Counted from the whole stretch's first letter, positions 25,450-36,747 are shown. The stretch: 63,593 bases of DNA, filler included, from Octopus bimaculoides (GCF_001194135.2; 5 parts of 5 records of this genome joined end to end with filler, not necessarily neighbours in it), one strand, 5' to 3'. Numbers and translations: made by a program. Notes: generated by a model from the sequence alone, not told the origin.

Positions 25450-26290
25450 CATTATTATTGTTATTACTATTATTATCGATGTCAATTTTATTGTTTTTGC
25501 TAACGTTATGATTAATATTTAGGTTCGATCTTCTTCCCGGTTGGATTTATGCAGGTAGGAGTTTACTACCTGTATCCTTAAGTATCCACAGGTTTTCGGA
25601 ACTTTTTACAGAGTTTTGAACCCTCCTGATAATCATTGCTGTCCCCAAGATACAAATTTTCTATAAGAGCTCTATGATTCCAATTTTCTTCAGCCATTTT
25701 TCTATATCTTTCTTTGCTGTTCCCAACGCACGAACTATTGTAGGCACGTTCATAACTGTTTTCATACTCGAAATTCTTCGAATTTCATATTTTGAGGTAT
25801 GGAATTTCTTTTATTTTCTCGGAGCGGGGGACCTCTTTCAGTTGTTATAGTAGTTCACATTTGTTCAGGTGCAGTGTTCGTTGTTTTGATAGACCCTTTT
25901 CTGGGGTTGTTCCTTCGCAGACCATATTACCTTCCAAAATTCTTCTTCTTCTTCTTCTTCTTCTTCTTCTTCTTCTTCTTCTTCTTCTTCTTCTTCTTCT
26001 TCTTCTTCTTCTTCTTCTTCTTCTTCTTCTATTAGTGCTGCATGGGTCTCTATTTTATTTTTGCCAAGTTCTTGGTAGAATGTTTTGTGGTTGAAGTTGA
26101 ACTGTTAGCTTTGTTCAAAGAAACGTTAGTGTTTCTCATGCCGGCGGATTCGTTGTGCTTTGGTGAGGATATCTTGCTTAGCGGTCCTCTTACCTCAGGT
26201 ATACCTCCTTCTTTAATTTTGTATTTACATAGAAGTTTTCTTCTCTTTTTGTTCCTTAGTAGTGTTGATTGTCTACTAGTGTGAATAAGG
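25450..26290 (-). mobile_element. Internally deleted R4/Dong-like LINE interrupted by a (GAA)n tract
   Basis: Minus strand: KQDILTKAQRIRRHEK..FYQELGKNKIE (26040-26200), EFWKVIWS (~25935), and C-terminal VPTIVRALGTAKK..KICILGTAMIIRRV; degenerate (TTA)n tail at ~25452-25475; (TTC)n at 25939-26030. Confidence 0.65.
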
Positions 26291-26439
26291 ATTGACAGAT
26301 CTGTTCACTTATTTTCTATTTTTGCCAATATATTTATCCACAGTGGTTGTTTGGGTGGTGAGACTCTAGTTTGAATGGGCTTTGGTGGGTACTACTGCCC
26401 TGGTGCAGTACCACTGCCTGGTACTGCACCAGGGCATTG

Positions 26440-26900
26440 GTACTGCATCACGACATTGGTAATGCTTGTCAGTTGTTTGACCTTAACCAGTTGAGCATGT
26501 TCCTTGGTGGCTGACATTATGTGCATCATTGATTTCTAGCAGAAGTAGTGGTGCAGCATCATTGCCCTCTGTTGAGAGGAATTTTGGGGGGATGTTGATA
26601 ATTCACCTTTGAAAACATGGGTGTTTCGTGCAACATATCTAAATAACCCTTATTCAGGGATCTTTTGAGCGGGATGGGCTACTCGACCCGGAGAAAATTC
26701 TAACTGGGCCCCACCTGCGAGGTCATGTGTTGTTTATCTTGATTTGAGATCACAATGTCGCGCACATATGCTCTTGATGCAGGTTGTTGGTGAACCCTTA
26801 TCAGACGGGTAGTCGTGATGGGTATACTGGGCTTCGTATATTTTACCCAAGTGTCGCTTTGTTGGCATGCACTGCTCTATCACTCAATAATAATAACAAT
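26440..26900 (+). mobile_element. Non-coding retroposon (SINE-like) 3' region with (AAT)n tail
   Basis: GC-richer block ending GGCATGCACTGCTCTATCACTCAATAATAATAAC; no ORF. Confidence 0.45.
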
Positions 26901-26904
26901 AATC

Positions 26905-27476
26905 ATAGCAGAGTAAAAGGAAAAAGGAAAAAAAGTACACAAAGGACATGACAAAGAATTACACAAGTAGGGACTACACTATCGACTCCATGTAGACAAT
27001 AGAAATTGCTGGAAGAAATAGATAGCATTGGCTGAAGAAAGGAACACTAAAAAAAAGAACGAGAGCACTATACTGGCAGTGCAAGACCAAGCTTTGGCCA
27101 CGATCTGGAGGGAATTGGTGTTGCATGCCTCTTTGACCCATCAATAGTGAAGAAGGAAAACGAAAGTAGATAAATACAACCCTCTTAAGTACGAAATAGC
27201 CCGGATGCGGAAAATGAAGTAGGTGAAGATAGTGCCAATTATTGTTGGGTCCTCGTGAACAGCATCAGGGGGCATAAATGGGAGTATAAAGAAAATTGGA
27301 ATAGGGTGCCCAGTGGGACTGTTGCAAAATGTTTTCCTCTTAGACACGGCCAAAATAATCAGGAGACTATTATATAACTGACGAGAACAGATAGCATGGT
27401 ACCGTAGGATGCAGGTATTAAGCCCACTATGGACGGAAAACACCAGGAGCTCCAACAAAATCTGTGCGAGAAAGAA

Positions 27477-27540
<64 letters not shown>
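26905..27540 (+). mobile_element. R4/Dong-like LINE 3' portion with (TAA)20 tail
   Basis: WLKKGTLKK/ESTILAVQDQALAT, LKYEIARMRKMK*VKIVPIIVG, LLQNVFLLDTAKIIRRLL; pure (TAA)n at 27481-27540. Confidence 0.7.
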
Positions 27541-27541
<1 letters not shown>

Positions 27542-27717
27542 GCCACAATTGGCCTAGACACCTATATGAAAAACTCTGAGGACTGGATGCTAAAACTTGT
27601 CTTAAAATATGAAAGCAAGAAAGCATCTTACTCAGTAACCAAAACAGGCAAAGGAATATCTAAGTGAATTCCAATTGCAACAAATTCAAGAATTAGACGA
27701 ACTAGAAACACCTACAG
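27541..27717 (+). mobile_element. Further R4/Dong-like LINE fragment (post-RT region), cut by a gap
   Basis: ATIGLDTYMKNSEDWMLKLVLKYESKKASYSVTK begins directly after the (TAA)n tract; family assignment is from recognition, not a search. Confidence 0.5.
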
Positions 27718-27914
27718 NNNNNNNNNNNNNNNNNNNNNNNNNNNNNNNNNNNNNNNNNNNNTTAATTAATTAANNNNNNNNNNNNNNNNNNNNNNNNNNN
27801 NNNNNNNNNNNNNNNNNTTAAAACTTGTATTAAATTTTATTTTGCAAATAAAAGTAAACTATATGGAAACATGTTTTTAGTTAATTATTTTTACATGGTT
27901 AATTATTTTTACTT

Positions 27915-28405
27915 TACAGGTACAGAAATATCATAAGAAGGTTAACTGAGAAGATAGTTTTTGTGTGTGGCAGATGCACAGGGGCAATAAACACTGAAGA
28001 TGTACAGAAAACAGATTCCATCACATGCCAGGGGAAAAAACTAGAAGTAGTTAATAGCTTCCGCTACCTAGGCAACCAAGTCTGTAGTTGGGGTGGTTGC
28101 TCTGAGAGTGTTGTGGCTAGAATAAATATAGCCTGGGCAAAGTTCAGGGAGCTCCTACCTCTGCTGGTAACTAAGGGCCTCTCACTCAGGATGAAATGTA
28201 GACTGTATGGTGTTTGTATGTGAACTGCCATGCTACACAGCAGTGAAACATGGGCCATGACTGCTGAGAACATGCATAGGCTTGAAAGAAATGAAGCTAG
28301 TATGATCCACTGGATGTGTAATGTCAGTGTGCACACATGACAGAGTGTAAGCACCCTGAGAGAAAAGTTGAACATAAGAAGCATCAAATGTGGTGTGCAA
28401 GATAA
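27915..28405 (+). mobile_element. RTE-clade LINE fragment (RT C-terminal region)
   Basis: LEVVNSFRYLGNQV..CSESVVARINIAWAKFRELLPLL..LSLRMKCRLY..AMLHSSETWAMT..LERNEASMIHWMC. Confidence 0.85.
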
Positions 28406-28409
28406 ACAA

Positions 28410-29381
28410 TTCCAGAAATTCCAAGCCAGAAACTACAACCCAGTAGATGAGCCTCATCCTGGAAGATCTGCTTAACTTAACTAGGAGATCCTGCAAACCC
28501 TGGTGGAACAAAATCTCATTGTAACTGTTGAGGAACTAGCAGAGAAGTTTAGATTTGGTCATTAAACCATTCATCGACACCTGCATGCCATAAGAAAAGT
28601 CAGAAAATTGGGTCAATGGGTTCCTCACAAACTTTCCAAATCTAATCACGCGCAGAGAGTGAATGTGTGCACTTCTTTGCTGTCATGTCTCATGAATGAA
28701 CCTTATTTGGGGGGACAAAATAGTGACTGGTGATGAAAAATGGGTTCTCTATAAAAATGTCAAGTGCTGAAGACAGTAGGTAGGAAAGGAGAAGCACCAA
28801 CACCCCAGGCTAAAGAAGGTCTTCATCCACATAAGGTGTTGTTACCTGTTTGGCAGGATACGAAAGGTTTAGTCCACTTTGAACTTTTAAACCCAAACCA
28901 AACAATAACAAAGGAGATCTATTGTGAGCAGATTGAATGGCTGAAGTCAATGCTAGAAGAAAAACAACTATCTTTGGTTTCAAGATGAAAGGTGTTCTTC
29001 TATCAGGATAATACTTGGCTACATACAGTGAGGATGACATTCCAAAGGCTGGAGCAGTTTGAATGGGAAATGATGTCCCACCCACCATATTCGCCGGACA
29101 TCGCCCCATCTAATTATCATTTATTCCAGTCTTTCAAATCTCTTGGACAGAAAAAATATGAATTCTGTAGGCGAGGTCAGAACAGTACTGGAGGAGTATT
29201 TTTCATCATGGAGAAGTGAATTTTGGAAGAGGGGCCTCGCAAGTCTTACCAGACAGATGGAAGCGCATTGTAGAAAATGAAGGAGAGTATATTTTAGATT
29301 AAAAAAGAATTTTGTTTATCTTAATTTTGAAAAAAAAAAATAAGTATAAAAAAACTGCATTATTTATGAGATGACCCAATA
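28410..29381 (+). mobile_element. 5'-truncated mariner (DD34D) transposon
   Basis: WVPHKL, VTGDEKWVLYKN, LHPHKVLLPVWQD, YQDNTWLH, HPPYSPDIAPSNYHLF; right TIR ..ATTTATGAGATGACCCAA followed by TA at 29380-29381. Confidence 0.88.
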
Positions 29382-29404
29382 TGCAGATGGTTATGTATCT
29401 ATAT

Positions 29405-29569
29405 GTGTTTAAATGCACAAACACCGAAATGACTGGTGAAGCTACCAGCAATGACACAGAGGCTCTTGCTAATTATACTGAGCAGCTGAAGAAAATTATT
29501 GCTGAAGGAGGCAATATACAACAGCAAGAATACAATTTGATGAAACTGCGCTATTTCTATTATTTTTAA
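29405..29569 (+). mobile_element. pogo/Tigger-type transposase fragment
   Basis: TGEATSNDTEALANYTEQLKKIIAEGGNIQQQEYN resembles the GEAASAD..LKKIIEEGGY..QVFN segment of CENP-B/Tigger DDE_1 proteins. Confidence 0.65.
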
Positions 29570-29681
29570 ACAAGAAAACTATTGACAGTGACTTCGAAGT
29601 TTCAGCCAATTAAGCCATTGTTGGACTGCAATGCATTGAAGTTAATCTTGACTGTGTTTTTCTCCTTGTTTTTCTCTTTAT

Positions 29682-29718
29682 TCTTTCTGTTGAAGAGCAT
29701 AGCTCGAAACGTTAAAGA
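29682..29718 (+). ncRNA. Minimal type-I hammerhead-like motif with atypical core (CUGUUGAA)
   Basis: Stem I TCTTT(29682-86)/AAAGA(29714-18) perfect; stem II GAGC-ata-GCTC; GAAA 29706-09; palindromic AC/GT stem III; GTT cleavage-type triplet. Confidence 0.5.
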
Positions 29719-29819
29719 CTTTCTCTATTTCCGAGCGTTAAACTAATACATCCTTTTGTTGTTCACACCACCTGTCCTCGTCTGTTGTTGTTTTTTTCGT
29801 AAATTCTCCCCTTTATATA

Positions 29820-29975
29820 CTCCCTGTTGAGAAAAAGTCTTCCTCAGGTGTGTGGGTTTCAGCAGAGTGGTAATTAGGTTTTAGGATGGATTGGTATGGA
29901 AAGGTGTTTTGGAGAAATTTTTATCGATTAAATTTGAGGTTATGCTATTGTCTAGAATTTATTCTTGTATGTAGA
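29820..29975 (-). mobile_element. Penelope-like element linker remnant
   Basis: Minus strand NLITTLLKPTHLRKTFSQQGVYK resembles the segment just before PLE GIY-YIG domains; adjacent to the hammerhead-bearing repeat. Confidence 0.45.
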
Positions 29976-29980
29976 ACTCA

Positions 29981-31446
29981 GGTCTAGTCGGTTTGGCTGC
30001 CAGCATCAATTCTGTTCGAATTGATTTCATATTCGGTGTAATGATACACTTTTATTGGCTAATGAAGGACGTGAAAATCATTTTCGCTATAAATCAATAA
30101 ATAAAGGGTTATTAGCAATTAAAGTTTGAAAATTTTGGTAATTTTCGCCAATCATAAGCCATAGACACATTCATGCTGGTTTCCATAGTAACAAGCAGAA
30201 CATGAGAACTCTTTTGTCCGTGAGAAAGCACATGTTGACAAATATATTGAAACCACTTGTTTTACTTCTGTTGACAATTGAGCATGTGAATCTATGTAGC
30301 GCAGGAGATATGAAAATTGTGATTTGTTCAAGAAATTGATTGAATGCATTTTAAACTTTTGTTTTCAATGAACTGATCAACAAAATGTTCATCGTTGAAA
30401 AATATTTAATTTGTAATGTGCTATCTTGTTTTTAGATAAATCTCTTAAGTTCATACTATCACATTAAATGCATATTAAATGCTTAAAACTCCAAAAGACA
30501 TGTTGTTTACTCTTTCTTTTTATTGGTAACCCGAAAGATGGTACCCACACTCAACAAGTCGAGAGTATGTGGGTCTCTGTGAAACGAGGTAATAAACGAC
30601 ACTGTGGCACTCACCGTTCTATTGTAGATTCATATCTCTGTGAATTTATGTGGTGTAGGAGATACGAAAACTGTGATTTGTTTGAGAAACTGATTGAATG
30701 TATTTCTAACTTTCGTTTTTAATTTTTAAAATATTTTGTAATGTATAGCTTATTGCATGCTTAAATGTTTGTTTTTTAAGCATATTTTGTTCGCTCTTTT
30801 ATTTTCACATATAATATATAAACATGTACATCTTTTAGAACATTGTCATTTTATAAGATTTTATGGCCAAATTTTTAAATTAACATAAACATTTATTTAC
30901 CTAAAAGAAAATTATCAGAGAACTTTCATATAATTCTTCCAAATCTTTCTGTTAAAACCGCATTGAAACCATTTGTGGGGAAAAATTGTAATGTGCTTAT
31001 CGCATGTAACGTGTTGTTCATTACATTTGCATTAAATACATTTTGAATGCTTAAAACTATTTGTTTACTTTTCTTTTTGTCACTGAGATGGTTGTGAGGT
31101 ATGCTAAAAATAACAGCTAAATATTGTTTTTTAGATAAATCTTTCTAAGTTCTTGCTATCGCATTAAATGCATATTGAATGCTTCAAACTACAAAACACG
31201 TGTTGTTTACAAATATTGACAACAAAATTTGCAGTCATGCACAAAATGACAGCTTCCAAATCTTGTTTCCTGACTGGGTGGAAATGATCAAACTTTAAAC
31301 CTCTATAACTTTTTAAAAACATTTTTCTGGAAAAAGTGAAATAACTCCAATAATTCAGCTTGGAAAAGTATATTATTGTGCCAAATTTTAAAATTTTTGA
31401 TAAACTTTAATTTTTGAAATGCTGGCAGCCAAACCAACTAGATTCC
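29981..31446 (+). mobile_element. Merlin-superfamily (IS1016/IS1595-like) DNA transposon, internally deleted
   Basis: TIRs GG--TCTAGTCGGTTTGGCTGCCAGCAT (29981-30006) and 31419-31446 (reverse complement GGAATCTAGTTGGTTTGGCTGCCAGCAT). ORF remnant ~30525-30722 NPKDGTHTQQVESMW..YLCEFMWCRR..LFEKLIECI matches the ISXO2/IS1595 C-terminal pattern. Confidence 0.8.
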
Positions 31447-31492
31447 TTTGTACGCAGGTGTAAATATTTAGGTGTGTCCCTTCTGGTTGGTT

Positions 31493-31600
31493 GGTTGTTT
31501 AGTTGGTTGGTTGGTTGGTAGGTAGGTAGGTAGGTAGGTAGGTAAGTAGGCAGGTAGGTAGGTAGGTAGGTAGGTAGGTAGGTAGGTAGGTAGGTAGGCA
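31493..31600. repeat. (GGTT)n/(GGTA)n microsatellite followed by an inverted SINE head (31600-31688)
   Basis: Direct inspection. Confidence 0.85.
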
Positions 31601-31739
31601 GAATTTGAACTCAGAATGTAAAGACAAACGAAATATTGCTAAGCATTTTGCTCAGTGTGCTAACAATTCTGCCAGCTTGCTGCCTTGAATAGGTACTAGA
31701 TCATCTAGTTCAGTCTCAGACCACATTCCACCAACCAGG

Positions 31740-31910
31740 AAGAAATACCAAATCATCAAGCTTGGCCTCAGGTCACCAATCAGGAATAGACAACTGATTA
31801 ATCCGAGTCAACCTCAGACTTCAGTTCATTAATCTTCGTGATCTATTGTATCATTGGATCTGGATTCACAATGTAATTTTGGACTCTGTGTGATGGTTGG
31901 CATATACAAC
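31740..31910 (-). mobile_element. Highly decayed LINE AP-endonuclease fragment
   Basis: Minus strand QNYIVNPD..ITKINELKSEVDSD*SVV resembles the APE IDY..V/DSDH motifs. Confidence 0.35.
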
Positions 31911-34469
31911 AGCCTATTCTGTGTTAAATCTAAATACATAGCTTCCTTTGTCACATGGAATTCACAAATGTGTATAACAGAAAAATAGATATGATGTTGC
32001 CCACACTCCATGAAAATTCTAAAGAATGACATTTCAAAATACACATTTTCAGATAGTACTGGTACTTCCAATTTCTTTGAAATCATTGTCAGTTTAGCCC
32101 TCGTTCAGAAATTATTTCAACTTTGTAAAATATATTTCATTACTTTTGATTAATATATCTTTCCCTTTTGTAAACGGCGACAAAATTTAATCCACATTAA
32201 AACTATTATGATTAACAATAAAATTTATATTTATCCCTTAACCCACTAAGAGATAAAACATGTTTAAAGCAACAATATTTGTATGTATTGATTAAATTTT
32301 AGTCAATCAAAATTAGAATTTGTATGCAATGAGGAGATGGAAACATTAATTTAAGAACTAACATTAACTGGATCTGGACTTTGGCATGCAGATGGTAAAT
32401 CTAGGTATGTCTCAGTCTTTTTAAACCTCATAAGCATAGCCTCCTCCAGTGTTTACCAATCTAGTGATAGAAAATCATTATACAGATGTAAAAGAAAAGT
32501 ACATGAGTTAACATAGCATCTTAACATCTTTACTTAGAATGATGCCAACCATACAAAATATTTAAATGAGTACTGTATACTTAATAGAGTAAGCAAAATA
32601 TTTTCAACTAAAATTACATTTGAAATGAGAAGACTATATAAGCTTAGTGACTCATGTAAAAATTAATCTGGTTGCAGCAAAGGGGCAACAACTCAGAAAT
32701 GTTAATTAATTAATAGGTTAATTAACACCTGAAGTGAGAAAGTGAAAACAGTAGTAGTACTACTCTGAAATACAATTTTTGAAAGGTGAAATTATTAACA
32801 ATGAAACACATACAATAGCTACATGTGAATATTAATGCTACATGTGAATATTAATGCTACAATGGTCATGAGATGATCAATTAAATGAAAATAAAGTTTT
32901 GTAGCAGTTTCCAGAAAATATGGACATGAAATGATTAAAAAGGAAGTATATTTGTGAAGAATATAATTGGGTTACCAGACAAAATGGACAATACAATAAT
33001 AACATGTAAATTAAAAATAATCAATCTCTCGTTATATTTTAACATAAAAATATAATTTTTTGTATTTGCAAATTTAATGCTTTTAACAACTTTAATTGAT
33101 ATTCACAAATTTTGAATTATCTTAAATGAAGTAAATCAAGTCTTTGATAAAAATGAAATAAAAACTATTAATAAATGCATATGGAAAAATGAGAGAAATC
33201 TGCATTTTGTCTGTAAAGTTTGTTGCATATGTAAGCAGAATTAAAGAGAATCCTTCTAATTTAATTTAATTATAGAAAACTGTGTTGGTTCTCATTAAAT
33301 GTGAACACTGTTCTTAGATTCAAAGTCATTTCCAATAAAAACTCGAATTAATAAAACAAAATTATTACTGATGAAAGCAGTTCAGCAGAAATAGAATACA
33401 AAGGTTCTACCATTATTTTAACTTTTTTTTTAATATTCATTTACATATATTTATATTCATTTACAATAGATTTCAAAAAAATGATTCAAATCTTGTAATA
33501 TTGGTTTCAAATTTCATCAAAAGTTTTTGTTAAAGTAGTTACAAAATGAAGCACATCTTTCTAATTTCCATTTTAACCTACTCAAAATCAAATTTAGCAA
33601 ACTTTAGAAGACATGGAATGAAAAATACATTTAACAAGAGAATCTGCAAGTTTAAAGAATGGTACTGTTAACCTCTGGAACCTCTGTACCTGCTTGAAAC
33701 TACAATTTGAAGACTTTTATTGTATTAATCATAATCAAGTCGGTCCTGATTTTAGCCTGCCTTTTCGTCTGGTGTGAATTTGTAAAAAACAAAACAATTT
33801 GAAAACAGTTGAAGACAGACACATTTGTTTATCATGCTAACAAAATTATTGCATGCATGAAGCAGTTATATAAATTTAGATATAAGAGAAACATCCTATA
33901 AAAGAATCACAGAGATATATAAAGTAAATGCTTAGCTTGGAATCAATACAGTAAACAGATGAGACTTTAATTTGATTCTAACATGGGTAGGATGCAAAGC
34001 TATTGTGAATAGCATTACAAAACAAATCTGGTATTTTTATCTGACAGGTAGATAAATAAAAACATGGAGTTAAATGTCTTACTCAAATATCTAACAGAAT
34101 GGTTGTGACATTGACCCTGGCAGTATTTGAATTCAGAACTTAAATACTGCAAAGCATTTAGTTTACCCTCTATACAGATCCAATTTAAGACTTGAGCACA
34201 CTGAGTCATTGCCCATGACTCCAATGCTAATCAATTAATGTTGCATCTTTCTGTGGCAATGCACTTTGGTACTTGTGGGTTGCTTTACCCAGGGCTTTAT
34301 AAGGCTGTCAAGGGCAGGGTGTCCCTACCAATTCTAATTCTCCACCATCTTTTCTTATCTTCTAATCTTCTTGAACAAATAAACAAAATGTGAAAAAAAT
34401 GTGATTAACAAAAGAAAAGAATATTCTACAAATCCAAAATCTTGCTAAAACTATGAACTGGTTAAATTA

Positions 34470-34475
34470 TTTATT
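34470..34475 (-). terminator. Candidate polyadenylation signal (AATAAA) of the MOGAT-like gene
   Basis: TTTATT on plus, ~170 nt downstream of the stop codon; one of several possible sites. Confidence 0.35.
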
Positions 34476-34644
34476 TCCATTATACTGATGAAGACCAAAA
34501 TGATGAAATTCTAAACTGAAGAATCAGCAAAGAGCTAAATAAATTTATACAGACAATGGAAGAAAATAACTGACCTAAGAAATTGCAACAAAGAAAAAAA
34601 TAGAAAAATATATAAAGAATTTTGATTTTGAAGATGTGAAAAGG

Positions 34645-34799
34645 TTATTCAAAGATCAAGTGATTCATCTCATCAATGCCATATTTGCCCTTATATTCTT
34701 CAAAAAGTTCATACAGACTGTTCAGATAAATCTTGTGGACTTCTTCAACCTGCTCTTTGCTTGGATTTTCTATCAAAGGAACTTCAATTGGTTTTCCAA
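34645..34799 (-). CDS. MOGAT2-like: DGAT2/MOGAT-family acyltransferase, coding exon 4 (last), 155 nt incl. TAA
   Basis: Acceptor TTTTCATTTCAAG|TT; phase 1 completes V; GKPIEVPLIENPSKEQVEEVHKIYLNSLYELFEEYKGKYGIDEMNHLIFE*. Confidence 0.93.
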
Positions 34800-35093
34800 C
34801 TTGAAATGAAAAAAGAAAAAAAAGTAGTAGAGGGTGAATGTATTAGAGAAAGAGAAAGAAAGCATAGAGTATATGAGGATAGAACAATGGAAGAATATGA
34901 AGAGAGAGAGGGGGAGATAAAAAAAAAAAAGGAGGAGAGAGTGGATAAGAATGAATGAGAGAAAGGAGAAAGAGAAAAAGTGAGGAGAGAATGAAGGAAA
35001 GAAGAAAGTGAAAAGATGAGAGAAAGAGAGAGAAAAAGAAAAGTAAAGAGAGTGAATATAAAAGGGAGAAAGACAGACAGATGTGAGATGACA

Positions 35094-35094
<1 letters not shown>

Positions 35095-35170
<76 letters not shown>

Positions 35171-35235
35171 GAGAAAGAAATAAAGAAAGAAAAAGAAAGA
35201 AAGAAAGAAATAGAAAGAAAGAAAGAAAGAAAGAA
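35095..35235. repeat. (GAAA)n microsatellite in the last intron
   Basis: Direct inspection. Confidence 0.95.
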
Positions 35236-35947
35236 ATGGGTGAGTCAATGTTTATGGTGATTGGTGAATAAATCTTCAATAAGCAAAACAGCCATTTTGG
35301 CAGTAATGTNNNNNNNNNNNNNNNNNNNNNNNNNNNNNNNNNNNNNNNNNNNNNNNNNNNNNNNNNNNNNNNNNNNNNNNNNNNNNNNNNNNNNNNNNNN
35401 NNNNNNNNNNNNNNNNNNNNNNNNNNNNNNNNNNNNNNNNNNNNNNNNNNNNNNNNNNNNNNNNNNNNNNNNNNNNNNNNNNNNNNNNNNNNNNNNNNNN
35501 NNNNNNNNNNNNNNNNNNNNNNNNNNNNNNNNNNNNNNNNNNNNNNNNNNNNNNNNNNNNNNNNNNNNNNNNNNNNNNNNNNNNNNNNNNNNNNNNNNNN
35601 NNNNNNNNNNNNNNNNNNNNNNNNNNNNNNNNNNNNNNNNNNNNNNNNNNNNNNNNNNNNNNNNNNNNAACACCCCCCCCCTCTCTCTCCTGAGCATTCT
35701 CAGACTCACCCACCAGAACTATCTCTTAGAACTACTACTTAGCAGTGGTTCTGATAAGTTTCAAGATAACTTCTTATTTATCACTTTCCTTTGCCATATC
35801 CTTCCTTACAGTCCAGATAATCTAAGCTCACACAGCCTCAAAAGGAACTTCTGTACAGTGGTTGAATTTATGTTGCTTCATGCTTTTACAACCTGGACAC
35901 TAAGCAAAAGACTTGATACCATGCTGGTTTGTATTTACATACTTTTT

Positions 35948-36747
35948 GGATCTTTGTGATTTGACGGGCAACATTTTTTTATGTAGTGTTTTTGGTACCG
36001 AAACACTTTCAAACTTCGAATACTTGTATATTTTGTGCTATAGAACAGATAAAAAATTTTGTATTCTAAGTTATTTCATGTAAAAAATTGTCATATTTCG
36101 GTAATTTCAACCAATCACTGACATCTATTGAAGTGAAAACAATTACGTCGGGGAATGTAAACAACGGTGTTACGGGATTTTTTCCCTTGAATAAAATTAG
36201 TGCCGTTGTTTGTCAACAAAAACTATCCATTGTCAACAACAACTATCAGTGGTATATATTTTGTTTGTTACTGTTATTTATGACATCGTTCGTGCGTTTG
36301 TACTGGTTTTAGCTTTAGGGTTTTAGGGTTAGGGTTCGGGTTTTAGAGTTAGGGTTAGTTTTAGGATTACGGTTAGGGTTATGATTATTTTTGCCATAAC
36401 CTTAACTCTAACCCTATAACTCATAACCATAACCCTAACCCCAACCCTAAACCTAAAACCCTAACCCTAAAACCCTAAACCCTTACTAAGGAATAATGAT
36501 ATAATTAAACAGGGAATAACACACTTGACACCGAACAGCACTAACTGTATTCAGCTGAATAGACGTCAGTGATTGGTTGAAATTACAGAAATACAACAAC
36601 TTTAACATAAAATAACTTGCAATGTACAATTTTTTGTTAAGAAGGTTAAGAAAAGAAGTTGTTTTATATGACACATTCTACCAGTGTCCTAAGTTTGAAA
36701 GTGTTTCGTTAAGAAAACAAGTGTTGCCCGTCAAATCACAAAGATCC
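35948..36747. mobile_element. 800-bp palindromic MITE with telomeric-repeat core
   Basis: Perfect 26-bp TIR GGATCTTTGTGATTTGACGGGCAACA (35948-35973 / 36722-36747); further internal inverted blocks; 8-bp TSD TACTTTTT/TACTTCTT (7/8); (TTAGGG)-like 36308-36383 and (CCCTAA)-like 36396-36483. Confidence 0.85.

Noticed and set aside
27761-27772. TTAATTAATTAA islands inside N runs (also ~57717, ~60227, ~62356)
   Set aside because: An identical motif centred in gaps is an assembly/scaffolding pad, not genomic sequence.
31829-32086. 85-aa minus-strand ORF as a gene
   Set aside because: Another frame resembles a decayed LINE endonuclease, and the ORF has no motif support.
32818-32862. 19-bp tandem duplication GCTACATGTGAATATTAAT
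   Set aside because: An ordinary slippage duplication with no further structure.
33368-33400. Other CTGA(T/A)GA hits as hammerheads (33368, 34485, 4935, 53060, and minus strand at ~12610-12650 and ~50180)
   Set aside because: No convincing stem II with GAAA and stem I/III pairing.
36308-36483. Inverted telomeric repeats as an ancient chromosome fusion point
   Set aside because: The tracts are short and enclosed by TIRs and a TSD, so they are cargo of a transposon.
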